Positions 38,905 through 51,135 of a DNA stretch of 64,000 nucleotides are shown here, piece by piece. Position 1 is the first letter of the stretch; every line of letters starts with the position of its first letter. Under the pieces are notes generated by a model, which was not told the origin of the DNA, made no database searches, and saw only the letters and a list, made by a program, of their open reading frames with translations. The DNA comes from Okamejei kenojei. Taxonomy: Eukaryota. Where the stretch lies: contig CM069134.1 in assembly GCA_035221665.1 (NCBI GenBank), forward strand, positions 23,250,001 through 23,314,000, in the 5' to 3' direction. Both the position numbers and the translations under genes were made by a program.

Positions 38905-39680
38905 GTTCACAATCTATATCTGTTGATCCAAGTATAATGGGTCTTTTCGATGACACCAATCTAGGTGACAGTGTGTGTTGCAAAGGAATGCCGCGAAGTG
39001 GATGTAGTAGGAATAAATGAATGGGTGAACAAATGGCATATGGAACATAATGTGGAACATAATACAAAAGTGTCTACTTTAATATAAAATAGAAAAACAT
39101 TGAGTTTTTAAATGGCGTATAGTTGAATTTTTTTCATAGGAACCTCAATATCTTTGTACACAAATCACTGAAAGTTAGCTTGCAGGTACAGCAACCAATT
39201 AAGAAAGCAAACAATGTGCTGGACTTCAATGAAAGAGGATTAATGCACAAAGTTAAGACTTCTGACAGGTTCCTGATGAGATTGCCCCCGAGGTATTGTA
39301 TGCGGGTCTAGTCTTTCTACTCAAGATTGAGAGACTGCAATGGAGGTTCCAATGGATTGATTGCTGGGATTGGAGCTTTGTCATGTAGTTAACCAGACTG
39401 CTGCTTTGCTCTCTTGGATTATGAAGAATCAAAGAGGGTCTCAGTAAAACATATAAAATTCTTACGTTCATCATTGGCCATCTGCAGTTAGGGGTCACAA
39501 TCCCGAAGAAAATGGGTTGGCCATGCAGGATGGAAAGACAAAGAATCTCTTCTCCCAGTAGGTAGTTAATCTTTGGAATGGTTGCCAGTAAATTCAAAGC
39601 AAAATGAATTATTGTTTGGATCAATCCTGACCTTGTAGAATACCTGACAGGAATGAGAGGCAGAATGGCCTACTCCTGCA
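38905..39680 (+). mobile_element. CR1 LINE 3' fragment (old)
   Basis: Remnants of ..DDT.LG.., KVSLQVQQPIKKAN, and tail ggcagaatggcctactcctgc. Confidence 0.75.
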
Positions 39681-39934
39681 TTTACTTATTCATTCTGTGC
39701 ATATGACTGTTTAATACAAAAAGATTTGTTTTTCATCTTGTTCCACATATAGAAGGAAGCCAAAGCAACATATTTCGCTCATTCACACTTGTATGCCATA
39801 TACATTGTGATACAGCTTGATAGAAACAGCAACACTAAGAACTTTACATAAAGCATGTGACATGGCTTACAATCCATGACTCAGCTCAGGAGCATTACTA
39901 AAAGTTGACACCATGCCAATTGAAAACATATAGC

Positions 39935-40340
39935 ATCTACATTTTACGCTGCCTCGGAAAAGCGGCCAACATGAGCAAAGACTTGACCCATCCTTTCCCT
40001 GCACCTGTTAGGCGGAAGGTGCAGAGGCTTGAAAGTACTGACGAATAACTTCTTCCCCTCTGTTATCAGGCTTCTGAACGGCCCTTCCAAAAGTTGGGAT
40101 ACTGTCCAATTTATCTCTCCACTATTGTTGACATTGGAATTTGCCCATGGAACTGACGCGCAACAATACTGAGAACTATATTCTTTGTTCTGTATCTTCC
40201 TCTTTGCTCTATTGTACTTGAGTTTAACTTGTTTGTATTTATGTTTTGTACACCTGATCTAGGCATGCAAAACAAAGGCATACAAAACAAAGCTTTTCAC
40301 CGTAGCTCTGTACACATGACAATCATAAACCTAAACCTAA
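39935..40340 (+). mobile_element. Rex-Babar-type LINE 3' end
   Basis: IY..RCLGKAAN..KD..HP..NFFPSVIRLLN-like C-terminus; tail of TAAACC repeats. Confidence 0.7.
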
Positions 40341-40394
40341 AAAAAACCCTAAAAAGGGCAGGTCAGCAAAACCTATGTCAACCTATGTCAAGGA

Positions 40395-43046
40395 ACCGGA
40401 TCAAACGGGGTTTATCCCTAAGAGACAATCATTTAATAATTTGAGATGTCTGCTTAACATAATGCACTCACACTAAACTAAAGATCCAAAGCTCACAATT
40501 ATTTCGCTGGATGCAGAGAAAGCATTCGATCAGGTTGAATGGAAGTATATGGTTAAGGTATTACAAACATTTCAACTGGGAGAGAATTTCATTCAATGGA
40601 TTAAATTAATATATAATAAGCCAACGGCCAGAAGATTAACTAATAATATTTTATCCATGAAATTTCAACTGTCAAGGGGTAATAGACAAGGTTGTTCATT
40701 ATCACCATTGTTATTTGCCCTCATAATTGAACCACTAGCGGAAAGTATTATAACTCATCTGAATATTCATGGATATAAGACAAAATATTCAAACAATAAA
40801 ATATCATTATACACTGATGATGTACTTTTGTATATCACAAAGCCTCATATCACTATACCCAACATTTTAAATTTAATTGAGGATTTCGGTTCATTTTCAG
40901 GTTATAGAATAAACTGGAATATAAGTGAAATCATACCAATAAAACTGAAAGATACTACACATCTCATACAATTTCCTTTTAAAATAGCTGTGGAAAAATT
41001 TAAATACTTGGGTATTGAAATTACTAGAAGATATCAAGACATGTTTAAAGCAAACTATAACCCTGTACTTAAGAAACTACATAATTTAATTAAATTCTGG
41101 AAAACGCTTCCCATGTCCTTAATAGGTCGAATAAACGCCATAAAAATGATTTTTCTTCCACAAATTCTGTTCCAATGAATCCCACTATATCTACCCAAAA
41201 AGTTTAAAAAAAAATTGGACTCGGATATTACAAATTTTATTTAGGATTATAAGTCCCACAAAATACAAAGACCACACCTGAATAAACCCAAAGTAGTAGG
41301 GGGATTAGCACTCCCAAATTTTATGTATTATTATTGGTCGGTAAATATTAGAAATATGATTCAATTGTTGGATATTTCTCTTCATCAACCGGAATGGATC
41401 ATTATGGAGAAAGAGGACTGCTCCCCTTTTAATATTGGTGCAATCCTTCTTTCACCAATGGCGTTGAATAATACAAACTACAACAAAAACCCAATTATAC
41501 ATAGTACAATCAGAATTTGGAAACAAATAAAATACAATCTAAAATTAAGAAACTTATCTCTCCTATCTCCTATTGCTAAAGACCCTCTGTTTAAACCCTC
41601 GATTATAGACAAAGCATTTATACAATGGGAAAGAGCAGGAATTAAAACTTTGGGAGATTTGTATGATATGGGAAAACTATTATAATTTAAACAATTACAA
41701 CTAAAATATATCTGGGTAACAAGCAGTATTTTAAATATTTCCAAATATGTGATTATCTGAAAAAACATGCACAAGAATTTCACAAAATGCCATTAGACTT
41801 ACTAGATGAAGTAATGAATACAAAGGCGGAATCAGCAAATTTAATTTAATATATATATAAGATTATACTAAATGCAGTAATACCAACAACGGAAGGTATT
41901 AGAGGTGAGTGGGAAAACAAACTATGCATAAACATTTCCAATGATAGGTGGAAAGAGTACTTATTAAATGTGCACAAATTAACGTGAGACACACTTTAAT
42001 ACAATTTAAAATTTTACACAGATTATACTACTCAAAAACAAAATTAAATACATTTTTCCCTAACGTTTCACCAATTTGTGATAAATGCCAGTGTCAAGAA
42101 GCTACTATAGTGCATTCATTCATTTTCTGTACAAAAATTCAAAGGTTTTGGATTGAAATCTTTGAAATTTTCACAAAACTGTTTAAAATAAAAATGACAC
42201 CTAAGCCAGAATGGATTATTTTCGGAATGACAGAAGGTAGTTCGGAATTAAATGTGTATCAAAAGAATCTATTTGATTATGGCTTAATGATAGGAAAAAA
42301 GCTAATCTTAAAATTCTGGAAAAATGCGCCTATACCAACATTAAATATGTGGATTTCAACTATGTTTGAAACATTACATCTGGAAGATATGAGACTCCAC
42401 CTGGCAGGAAAATCAGATTGTTTCTATCAGACGTGGTCTGCATTTATAGAATTGCTACAAAGATAGGGTGCAGGAGTACCTTGGGCCTTGGTAGGGGAGG
42501 ATGAAAAACTATTGAGTTGGTGGATTCCTTTTGCGTGATATATAGAAACATAGAAACATAGAAATTAGGTGCAGGAGCAGGCCATTCGGCCCTTCGAGCC
42601 TGCACTGCCATTCAATATGATCATGGCTGATCATCCAATTCAATATCCTGTACCTGTCTTCTCTCCATACCCCCTGATCCCTTCAGCCACAAGGACCACA
42701 TCCAACTCCCTCTTAAATATGGCCAACGAACTGGCCTCAGTTATAATATATAATATATATAATATAGTAACTGGCTTTTTTTTTTCTCTCTCTCTTTGTC
42801 TCGCTTTCTTTTTTCCTTTTCTTTTCTAGGGTCTATCTCTTAACCCCCTTTCTCTAATTCTTTGACCAAGGGTTTCTTCTCCCCTTTGGCACGCTCTTTC
42901 ACTTTCACAACTCTTTTCACCTACTTCACTCTCTTTCTTTCTATTCTTTTTAAGCCATAAAATTATGGATACAATGATTGTAACAATATATATGTGATGT
43001 ACATTGATGTATTTGTCTCTAATAAATAAAAATATTTAAAAAAAAA
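40395..43046 (+). mobile_element. 5'-truncated L1-clade LINE ORF2 (RT + C-terminal CCHC), frameshifted
   Basis: PDQTGFIP, ISLDAEKAFDQVEW, RGNRQGCSLSPLLFALIIEPL, SLYTDD, FKYLGI, CDKCQCQEATIVHSFIFC; AATAAA and A-tail at 43021-43046; TSD ctatgtcaa (40383-40391 / 43047-43055). Confidence 0.93.
42543..42740 (-). mobile_element. CR1 3' tail inserted in the L1 3' UTR
   Basis: (tagaaaca)n then ggccattcggcccttcgagcctgcac; reverse complement of the tail at 52200-52330. Confidence 0.85.
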
Positions 43047-43404
43047 CTATGTCAAAGAAATAGTTTAAAAAGTGACTTTAAAGAAAGAAATAGCAGATAT
43101 ATGGAGATTGGGGGATGGAAAGAATCCTCTAGTTTAAGACGTTGGAAATTGTGGGACATTTCAATTTGAGGATGATTATTATACCCAAATTGGAGAAGTA
43201 CAAGTATATCAAAGGACCCTAGGGCCAGAGAAGATTCCAGTTTTGTGAGGAGAATTTCATCGAGGGATTTGATGAAAAGAGATTGAACTTTAATGTCAAT
43301 GTTTTGATTAAATTGGAGCAAATGTATGATGGGCAAATATGAGTCTGCGTGAGTAAACTTTGTAGCAGAGTTTTGGAAGACTTCATATTTATGGGAGGTG
43401 GAAG

Positions 43405-43545
43405 GATCATAAGATCATAAGTGATAGGAGTAGAATTAGGTCATTCAGCCCATCAAGTCTATGCCATTCAATCATGGCTGATCTATCTCTCCCTCCTAAC
43501 CCCATTCCCCTGCCTTCCCCCCATAACCACTGACACCCATACCTG
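43405..43545 (-). mobile_element. CR1 3' tail
   Basis: (gatcataa)2 plus ggagtagaattagg..ccattcaatcatggctgatc; same family as 58500-58615 and 60458-60630. Confidence 0.8.
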
Positions 43546-43892
43546 GATAGACAGGTAAGCATCACATTTACAACCTCTAGAGGTAATAATGAGAGTTTTA
43601 ACCACACAGGTGAGAGGAGGTCAGAGTCAGTAAATGTTATTGAGGTTAAAAAGGTCATGGTTAAGGTGTAATGTTTTATAGCACATCAAGGTCAAATTTG
43701 ATACCAAGATTTTACACAGTTGCCAGGGAGAGTGATGGATTCAATATGTAGGAGAGGTAATTTGTGACAGATACTGAAGATAATGATCTTCACAATATTT
43801 TGTCAGATGAAATGAATCCAGTACTCTGTGTTCTACAATAGCCTGACAATAGAGACAGATGAATAGTCAAGAGAGACAATGGTTTGGTAAGG

Positions 43893-43990
43893 AGTCTGCA
43901 GAAGGGCCCTGGCCTGAAATATCACCAATCCTTTTTATCCAGAGATGCTGACTAACCTGCTGAGATACTCCAGCACTCTGTGTCTCTCTT
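43893..43990 (+). mobile_element. Decayed solo pLTR/hammerhead unit
   Basis: gtctgcagaagggccctggcctgaaatatcacc..agagatgctg..ctgctgagatactccagcac. Confidence 0.75.
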
Positions 43991-45256
43991 AGGTAAAGAT
44001 CAGTATCATCAAGTTATGAATCAAGTCGAGAGTGTTTAATTGTCATATGCAATGGGAATGGAACAATGACATTCTTACTTGCTACAGCCTTACAGGCTTA
44101 TTAATGCAATACTACAACACATAAATATACAATAATCAATAATACAATGATTTATCAGTAATTCTTGGCCACTAGACAATAAGAATGTAAACTAAAGTGC
44201 GTGGAGCAACCAAAGCAAAATCCATAATAGATCAATGGTAGGGCAAGGTTGTGGTTAGGGTTGTGCAGTGTATTTCACAATCCTGGTGGTTGATGCGAAG
44301 AAACCGTTCTTGAACCTGAACCTCATGGATCTCAGGTTCTTGTGCCATCTTCCCAAAGGTAGCAATGAGTTAAGAGCATGGCCAAGATGGTGTGGGCCAT
44401 TGATGATTGTAGTTGCCTTTTTGAGGCAGTGGTTCCTGTAGATCTCTTCGATGGTGGTCAATACCTGTGGTAGAGCGGGCAATGTCCACAATTTTCTGTA
44501 GCCACCTTCCTTCTTGGATATTTCAGTTACTGTGCTAGGTCCTGATGCAACCAGTCAGTATGGTCTCTGCCATTCAGTGACATGCCAAATTTCCTCACAT
44601 TTATAGCAAAGTGGAGGTGCTGAGGAGATTTCTTTGTGATTGCATCAATGTGCTGGGCACAGGACAGATCTTCAGAGCTATACTTGCCCAGGAACTAAAA
44701 ACTATTGACTCTCTCCACTGCCACCTCGTTGATGAAGATAGGTTCACGGATCCTTGGCTTTTCCTTTCTGCAGTCAACAATCTGCGTTTCCAAGTAGCTG
44801 GTGTTCAGAGCATGATTGTTGTTCTAGCATTATTTAGTTAGATTATCAATCTCTGTTCTGTACATTGACCCATCGTTACCTGTTATTCAACCAACATCCG
44901 TGGTAATGTTGGCAAATTTAAAGTTGGTGTAGGAGGTGGGTGTGCACAATCATGGGTAGAGAGAGAATAGAGCAAGGGAATGAGAACACAGCCTTGAGGT
45001 GCCCCTGTGCTGATGGTCATCGAGGAGGAAGTTTTCTGGCCAATTCGTATTGATTGAAATCAGTCAATGAGGAAGTTGAAGATCCAATTGCACAGCGCTA
45101 AGCAGAGACCCAGTACCCTGAGTTTGATAATACGTTTAGACGGGATGATGGTGTTAAACAATTATATAGTCAATGAAGAACAACCTGACGTACAAGTTCT
45201 TATTATCCAAGTGGTCCAGTGCAGAGTGGAGAGCTAGAGAGAGCACATGTGCAGTT

Positions 45257-45395
45257 CTTCTTCTTTTTTCGTGTGGCGTGCACAGCCTAAAGTTGATGGA
45301 CAACTTGTTCTATTTGACCTTCCGCTTGTGCACGTCGAGTTGATTTCATTAGTCGAAAAAGGGCAGACCACATGAAAGTTGCAATCTTCCACCCC
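45257..45395 (-). mobile_element. ~140-bp non-autonomous retroposon with 5' HDV-like ribozyme, structured tail and (GAA)n end
   Basis: TSD catgtgcagtt (45246-45256) / cacgtgcagtt (45397-45407); nested in the Rex-Babar copy. Confidence 0.8.
45342..45395 (-). ncRNA. HDV/CPEB3-like ribozyme fold (partly decayed)
   Basis: GGGGUGG(P1) AA GAUUGCA(P2) ACU(P3) UUCAUGU(L3) GGU(P3') CUGCCCU(P1') UUUUCGA CUAA(J4/2) UGAAAUC(P2'). Confidence 0.72.
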
Positions 45396-45739
45396 TCACG
45401 TGCAGTTGATTCTATCGTGGTGCGAGGTGAATTGAAGTGGGTCCAGGTCCTTACTGTGGCAGAAGCTAATATGTGTCATAATCAACCTCTCAATGCACCT
45501 CATCACAATGGATGTGATTACCACCAGTCAGAAGTCACCAAGGCATGTCGACTTGGTCTTCTTGGTCATTGGTATTATAGATATCCTTTTAAAGCAGGAT
45601 TTTAGACCACAGTAGTGAGAGTCACATGTAGCATATACATGTGAGAATGAACACTTATGTTACAACAATTCAAGCTGTCAATTGAAATTTAAGTATCAAA
45701 TTCAGAATGCTGATTTAATTCTGAAATTATCATAGATAT

Positions 45740-45990
45740 AGAAACAAGGGACTGCAAATGCCGGTTTACAAAAAAAAACATACAAAGTGCTGGAGTAACT
45801 CAGCAGGTCAGGCAGCATCTCTGGAGAACATGGATAGGTGATGTTTCAGTTGGGACCCTTCTTCAGACTGATTGTGGACAGGGAGGAAGAAATTTGGAAG
45901 TGAGAAGAGCCAGGACAAAGTGTGGAGGATATTAGGTGAACACACTCAAGAGGGGAGGTCATAGGCAGGTGATTGCAGAGAGGCCAGAGA
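45740..45990 (-). mobile_element. Penelope 3' end / pLTR with hammerhead motif
   Basis: Minus strand: tcagtCTGAAGAagggtcccaactGAAAcatcacc (45836-45871), then the standard pLTR tail. Confidence 0.8.
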
Positions 45991-46659
45991 TAGATATTGT
46001 CACTGAGATCCAACACATCCAATTATGTTTTAGTGCAAGATGAGAGTGATAATAAATAAAGGTTTTAACCCTTTTTAAATAAAGACTATTAACTTTTCAA
46101 ATCCAGTCAATATGTTGCAATTAGGAAAAGGCACTGTCACCACCATTGGCAGATAGAAATGGTTCTTAGTTATGCTCAGAAGGAGAACAAGCTGGGAAAT
46201 GGAACGGGTTAAAATATGTTGGGAAGGTATCATAAAATTTAAAAGAATCACTGATTACACTTATTAGCACTTATTAAATGGGAACTACTTTGCTCCTTCA
46301 ACCCCTTTCAGTTCTCACACATCGATATTGTTCACAGTGAGAGAGTGGCTTGAAATTACAAAATAGAAAGGATGTAACAGATCAATAAAAAAAACAAAAT
46401 GTCCATGTGTCAGACCGTCTTTCACCTATTATATTCATTTCTGCATTTTGAATATCATTGGTAAAGTCATTGCCTGTCGCAGTAGCCCTTGTGAAGCTGT
46501 CTTTATGAACTGTTGTTGTCTGTGTGGTTAAGGCGTTCCCACAAGGATGTTGGGATAGAAATTCCAGAAGTTTGATCCACATATGATCAAGGAATACTGA
46601 TTTATTACCCATCATATTAATTCTCAGGAAAGTAATATAAAGCATTATAAAGTATAATA

Positions 46660-47030
46660 AAGGAAATGAAGATGGAACAGTTATACAAGCAAAGAATGAA
46701 TGGGCAGAGCCATCATGGATTCACAAAATCATTTTTGATAAATTCATTAGAATTTTTTGAGGATGTGACTTACAAGGACATAAAGGGGAACAAATGGATG
46801 TCGCCTATTTAGATTCTCAAGAGGCATTTGACAAGATGTTGCATAAAAGATTGTTGTACGTTTTTTCACCCCGAGGGTTGGAACCTTCAGAATTCTCTAT
46901 GCCAGGGTACTGAAAATTCTCTGCTGTCATATGTGTGATGTAAAGATTTTTAGGAACCCAGTTGAGTCAAGAGATATCGGAATCAGGTGGGAAAGTGGAC
47001 GTCAAAGTCTATTCAGAATCTTTTTGGATG
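46660..47030 (+). mobile_element. Old CR1 RT fragments
   Basis: EFFEDVT..MDVAYLDSQEAFDKMLHKRLL remnant. Confidence 0.7.
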
Positions 47031-47296
47031 GTGCCTTTTGTTTTTAAAATGTGTCATGAAATCAGTCATATAGCACAGAGTGAGCTCAGTCAGCCCACCA
47101 TATCCAAGCTGACCACCTATCTACACTGATCCCATTTATCAGTACTTGGTCCACAGTCTAGTATCCTTTAGCAAATCGAGTGCTTGCCCTGATGCTTCCA
47201 AAATTTGGTGAGAATTTTGTAAGAACCACCTTTTCAGGCAATGCATTCCAGACTGAAATCACCTCTGGATGAAAAAGATACATGTCCATATTTTCC

Positions 47297-47390
47297 TCAG
47301 TCTGAAAGGGTTTCGGCCTGAAACGTTGTCTATTTCCTTCCTCCATAGATGCTGCCTCACCTGCTGAGTTTCTACAGCACTTTTGCCTAC
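47297..47390 (+). mobile_element. Solo 94-bp pLTR/hammerhead unit (second subfamily) with perfect 14-bp TSD, nested in an old CR1 tail
   Basis: tgtccatattttcc at 47283-47296 and 47391-47404. Confidence 0.9.
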
Positions 47391-48984
47391 TGTCCATATT
47401 TTCCACTGACTTTGGTGAATTGTATTGTCCATGTCTGTTATGAATGTGTTAAAGTGTTCTTAATGGGGAAAAGTGAAAGAGGATCAGTCTACGCGAATTA
47501 CTTGAATTTGGTTTCACAGACATTTACATGGATACCTCATTCACATTAAATTACTTTTATTATTTTATTATTTTCACTAAAAATCTTACCTCACAAAAAA
47601 AATATTGTTCTACATCTTCCAGAACAGACAGTTTCCAGCTTTCTACTTTCCTTTTATTGAAATTATTTCCTGAGTACCTTCTGAAATGGTCTCTCTAATG
47701 TTATGGTTGTGTTTCCTTGATCAAATTATTCCAGAGGAATTTAATTCTTTGATTAATTCGCCCACAATTTTCTACATTTCAATGGAATATAATTCAAATT
47801 AATACTCACCTATTTTAATCATTTAGGTTTGAGTAACCCAGTACTATGTTTATTTCTCAATTGTGACTACCCGGATGTTACCCGGTGATGGTAAGGCAGC
47901 TGAAAATCATGGTCATTGTTATGGCCACTCTTGCTGGCAGTCACTTGTACGGACTGTTTGCAACACCACACGGAATGTCCTGTGACTGGGTCTTTCCAGG
48001 GTTTAATGTGTTTGAATATGGACTGTTTCATTATTAGTGACACTGTGGCCGAAACTAAGTTCCCATCTGACTTGATGATGGATCGAAGTGTTGAAGAAGC
48101 CAATGAATAGATGGGACCAGGGCAATGTTTAAGGAACCCCCGAGCTGAAATGATTGGCATCCAATGACTCCAGCCATCTTCCTTTGTGCCTAGCACATAT
48201 TCAGACATTCAAGAGATTTCTCCTGATGTTCAATAGTCCCAATTTATTTGGGATCCACAATGCATCACAATGCAATATGGCCAAATGTCGTGGGTCATAA
48301 TGTTCACCTCACCTCTGGGATTTAATAAAGAGTTACAGTCTTGGATTGGTGCAGCAATGAGTTTGTACTGGCCATCAAGTACCCATCGTTGTGCATTTGT
48401 TTGAACTACAGCTGTAATGCAGCCTGGACTCAAGTTCTACAGTAGAACTCAAACTGACCATTAGTGAGAACTTCTTGTTAAGTATTATTTGATAGCAATC
48501 TTGGTGATTTTTTTCATTGCTTTGCTGATGATTCAGATAAACCTGATGAAGGATAATTGATCGGACAGACATAATTTTGGCATTCTCTGCATTTCTAGTA
48601 GATGGCAGTGTTGTAGTTGGGCCCAAACAGTTTAGTCAAATACGTGACTCACATTAAGTTACAGCCTCAATCATCATTGCATTCAGCACACAAACTAATT
48701 TCTTGATCTATACGCCGGTGACGAGGATCTGTGACGGATGGGATGGCTAGGAGAGTTAATCACTGGAGAAAGGTCATTGCTTTATATGGAGAATTGCTCA
48801 ATAGTCCATTATGTCTCAAAATGTTGAGGCTTGGCCTGTTCAGTTGGTGGAGTCACTGCATAATATGCATAGTGTGGTAGGTTCACACGAATGTCACTCC
48901 ATTAGACATTGTTTGTGGTACTCCTAGCATGGTATCCAAAATTTCGCATTAAACCAAAGTTGTTCTACTAGTTTGATGACATGA

Positions 48985-50390
48985 GAGGAGTCGTACAGCA
49001 TGGAAACACACCCTTTGGCCCAACCAACCCATGCCGACCAAGATGCACATCTATTCCAGTCCCACCTGCCCGCATTTGCCCCATATCCCTCTAAACCTTT
49101 CCTATCCATGTACCCGTCCAAATTTCTTATGAATGTTGTTATAGTACCTGCTTGAATTACCTCATCAGGCAGTTTATTCCATATTCCCACCACCCTCTGT
49201 GTGAAAAAGGTGCCCCTCAGGTTCCCCTCACATCTTAACCAATGTCCTCTGCTTCTTGATTCTCCCACTCTGGGTAAAAGACTGTGCATTCATCCTATCT
49301 ATTCCCTTCATAAACTTATACCTCTCCATAAAATGATTCCTCAATCTCCTGTGCTAAAGCAATGAAGTCATAGCCTGCCTTACCTCTTCCTATAGCTTAG
49401 GCCCTCAAGTCCTAGCAACATCCTCATGAATCTTCTCTGCGTTCTTTCCAGGTTAACAAATTCCTTCCGATAGCAGGGTGACCAAAACTGAACACAATAC
49501 TTCAAATGTGGCCTCACCAATGTCTTGTACAACGATATCAAAACATCCCAACTTCTATACTCAGTACTCTGATGGATGAAGGCCAATATTACAAAAGCCT
49601 TCTTGACTACCCCATCTACCTGTGATGACACTTCCAAGAAACTATGTACCTGTACTAGATCCCCCTAATTTACAACACACCCCAGAGCCCTGCAATTCAC
49701 TGTGAAGGATTTCTCAAAATGCAACACCCTGCACTATTAAACTCCATTAACCATTCCTTAGCCCAACTAATCATGATACTGCTATAATTTTAGATAACCA
49801 TCTTCGCTATCCATAATACCACCCACTTTCGTGCCATCTGCAAACTTACTAATTGCACCTTCTACATTCTCATCCAAATCATTGATATGAACCACCCACA
49901 CCAAAAAACGCAACTGATCCCTGAGGCACACTTTTAGTCACAGATCTCCAGTCCAAAAAACAACCTTCCACTATCACCCTCTGCTTCCTTCCATTAAGTC
50001 AACTCTATCTAGTCAGCTAGTTCTCCCCGGATCCCATACGATCTAGCCTTCCACAGAGGCGTACAATACAGAACTTTATCAAATGCCTTGCGAAAGTCCA
50101 TAGAGAAAACATCTGTGGCTTTGGCCTCATCAACGTTTTTGGCTACTTCTTCAAAAAACTCATTCAGATTTGTAAGACACAATCTCCCATGAACAAAACC
50201 ATGCAATTTATCCCTAATCAGCTCCTGTTTATCCCAATCCTCACCAGTAACTTGCCAGCCACAGATGGTAAGCTCATTAATCTATGGTTTTCAGGCTTTT
50301 CCTTGCAGCCCTTCTTGAATAGAGGCACAACATTAGATATCCTCCAGACCTCAGGCACATCGCCTGTATCTATTGAGGATTTATATATTG
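48985..50390 (-). mobile_element. CR1 LINE RT and 3' UTR (decayed)
   Basis: VPEVWRISNVVPLFKKG, HGFVHGRLCLTNL, DFRKAFDKV, LVRPHLKYCVQFWSP. Confidence 0.92.
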
Positions 50391-50857
50391 ATGACTTCCT
50401 TCTAATCATCTAATCCCCAACTAATCATCGACCTCTGTCACAAGGCTACTTTTAATTCTACAAACTTTAACTTTTGGTAACAATGCCTTGAATTGCTGAA
50501 TTTCTCCTGAAACTCCATGAGAATCACAGTGAATGAAGAGAGATTAATTGGTGATGGTGTCCCATCACAAATTAATGCAGATTCACTTTGAAAAACTCAC
50601 ACTTGGTCCTTTGATCCAACTTGTCCCCATTGAAACACATCAGTAACTCCCCTATTCACCCTCCCCAAACGTAAATGTTGTGGTTACTCTTTTATTCCCA
50701 TTTTATTTGTGAATTATGATCTTTCAGAATTTCCAACCTAAAGGCACGTTTCCTGAATCTAATTGGAAAATGAGGGATAACACGTTTGGAACTTTCTCAC
50801 ATCTCTTTTTAGACTGTTAAAATACCAGCCAAATGGCATCAAATAATTAATGATTCA

Positions 50858-51135
50858 AAAGATACAGCATGGAAAAGGTCCTTTGGCCCACCTTGTCCAC
50901 GCTGACTATCGATCACCCGTTCACACTAATTCTATCTTAGAGTCCCAACACTCTGGGTCAATTTGTAGTGGCCAATTAACCTTTAGGATTTTGGGAGGAA
51001 ATCGGAGCACCTGCGGGAAACCTATACAGTCACAGGAGGAATGTGAAACTCTACACGGACAGCACCTGAGGTCAGGATCAAATCCAGATCTCTGGCCATG
51101 TAAGGCAGCAACTCTACCAGCTATGCTACTGCGCC
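50858..51135 (-). mobile_element. HE1-like V-SINE (decayed)
   Basis: Homologous to 3203-3512. Confidence 0.8.

Larger units (their letters stand above)
44022..45600 (-). mobile_element. Rex-Babar-type LINE, RT and C-terminal part (decayed)
   Basis: ORF 44255..44491 IEEIYRNHCLKKATTII..PHH..LLPLGR..RFKNGFF; upstream RT remnant TGAPQGCVL.PLL at ~44970-45010. Confidence 0.82.

Noticed and set aside
40549-42466. RT ORFs as a possible domesticated gene
   Set aside because: Frameshifts, stops, 5' truncation, poly-A and TSD mark a dead L1 copy.
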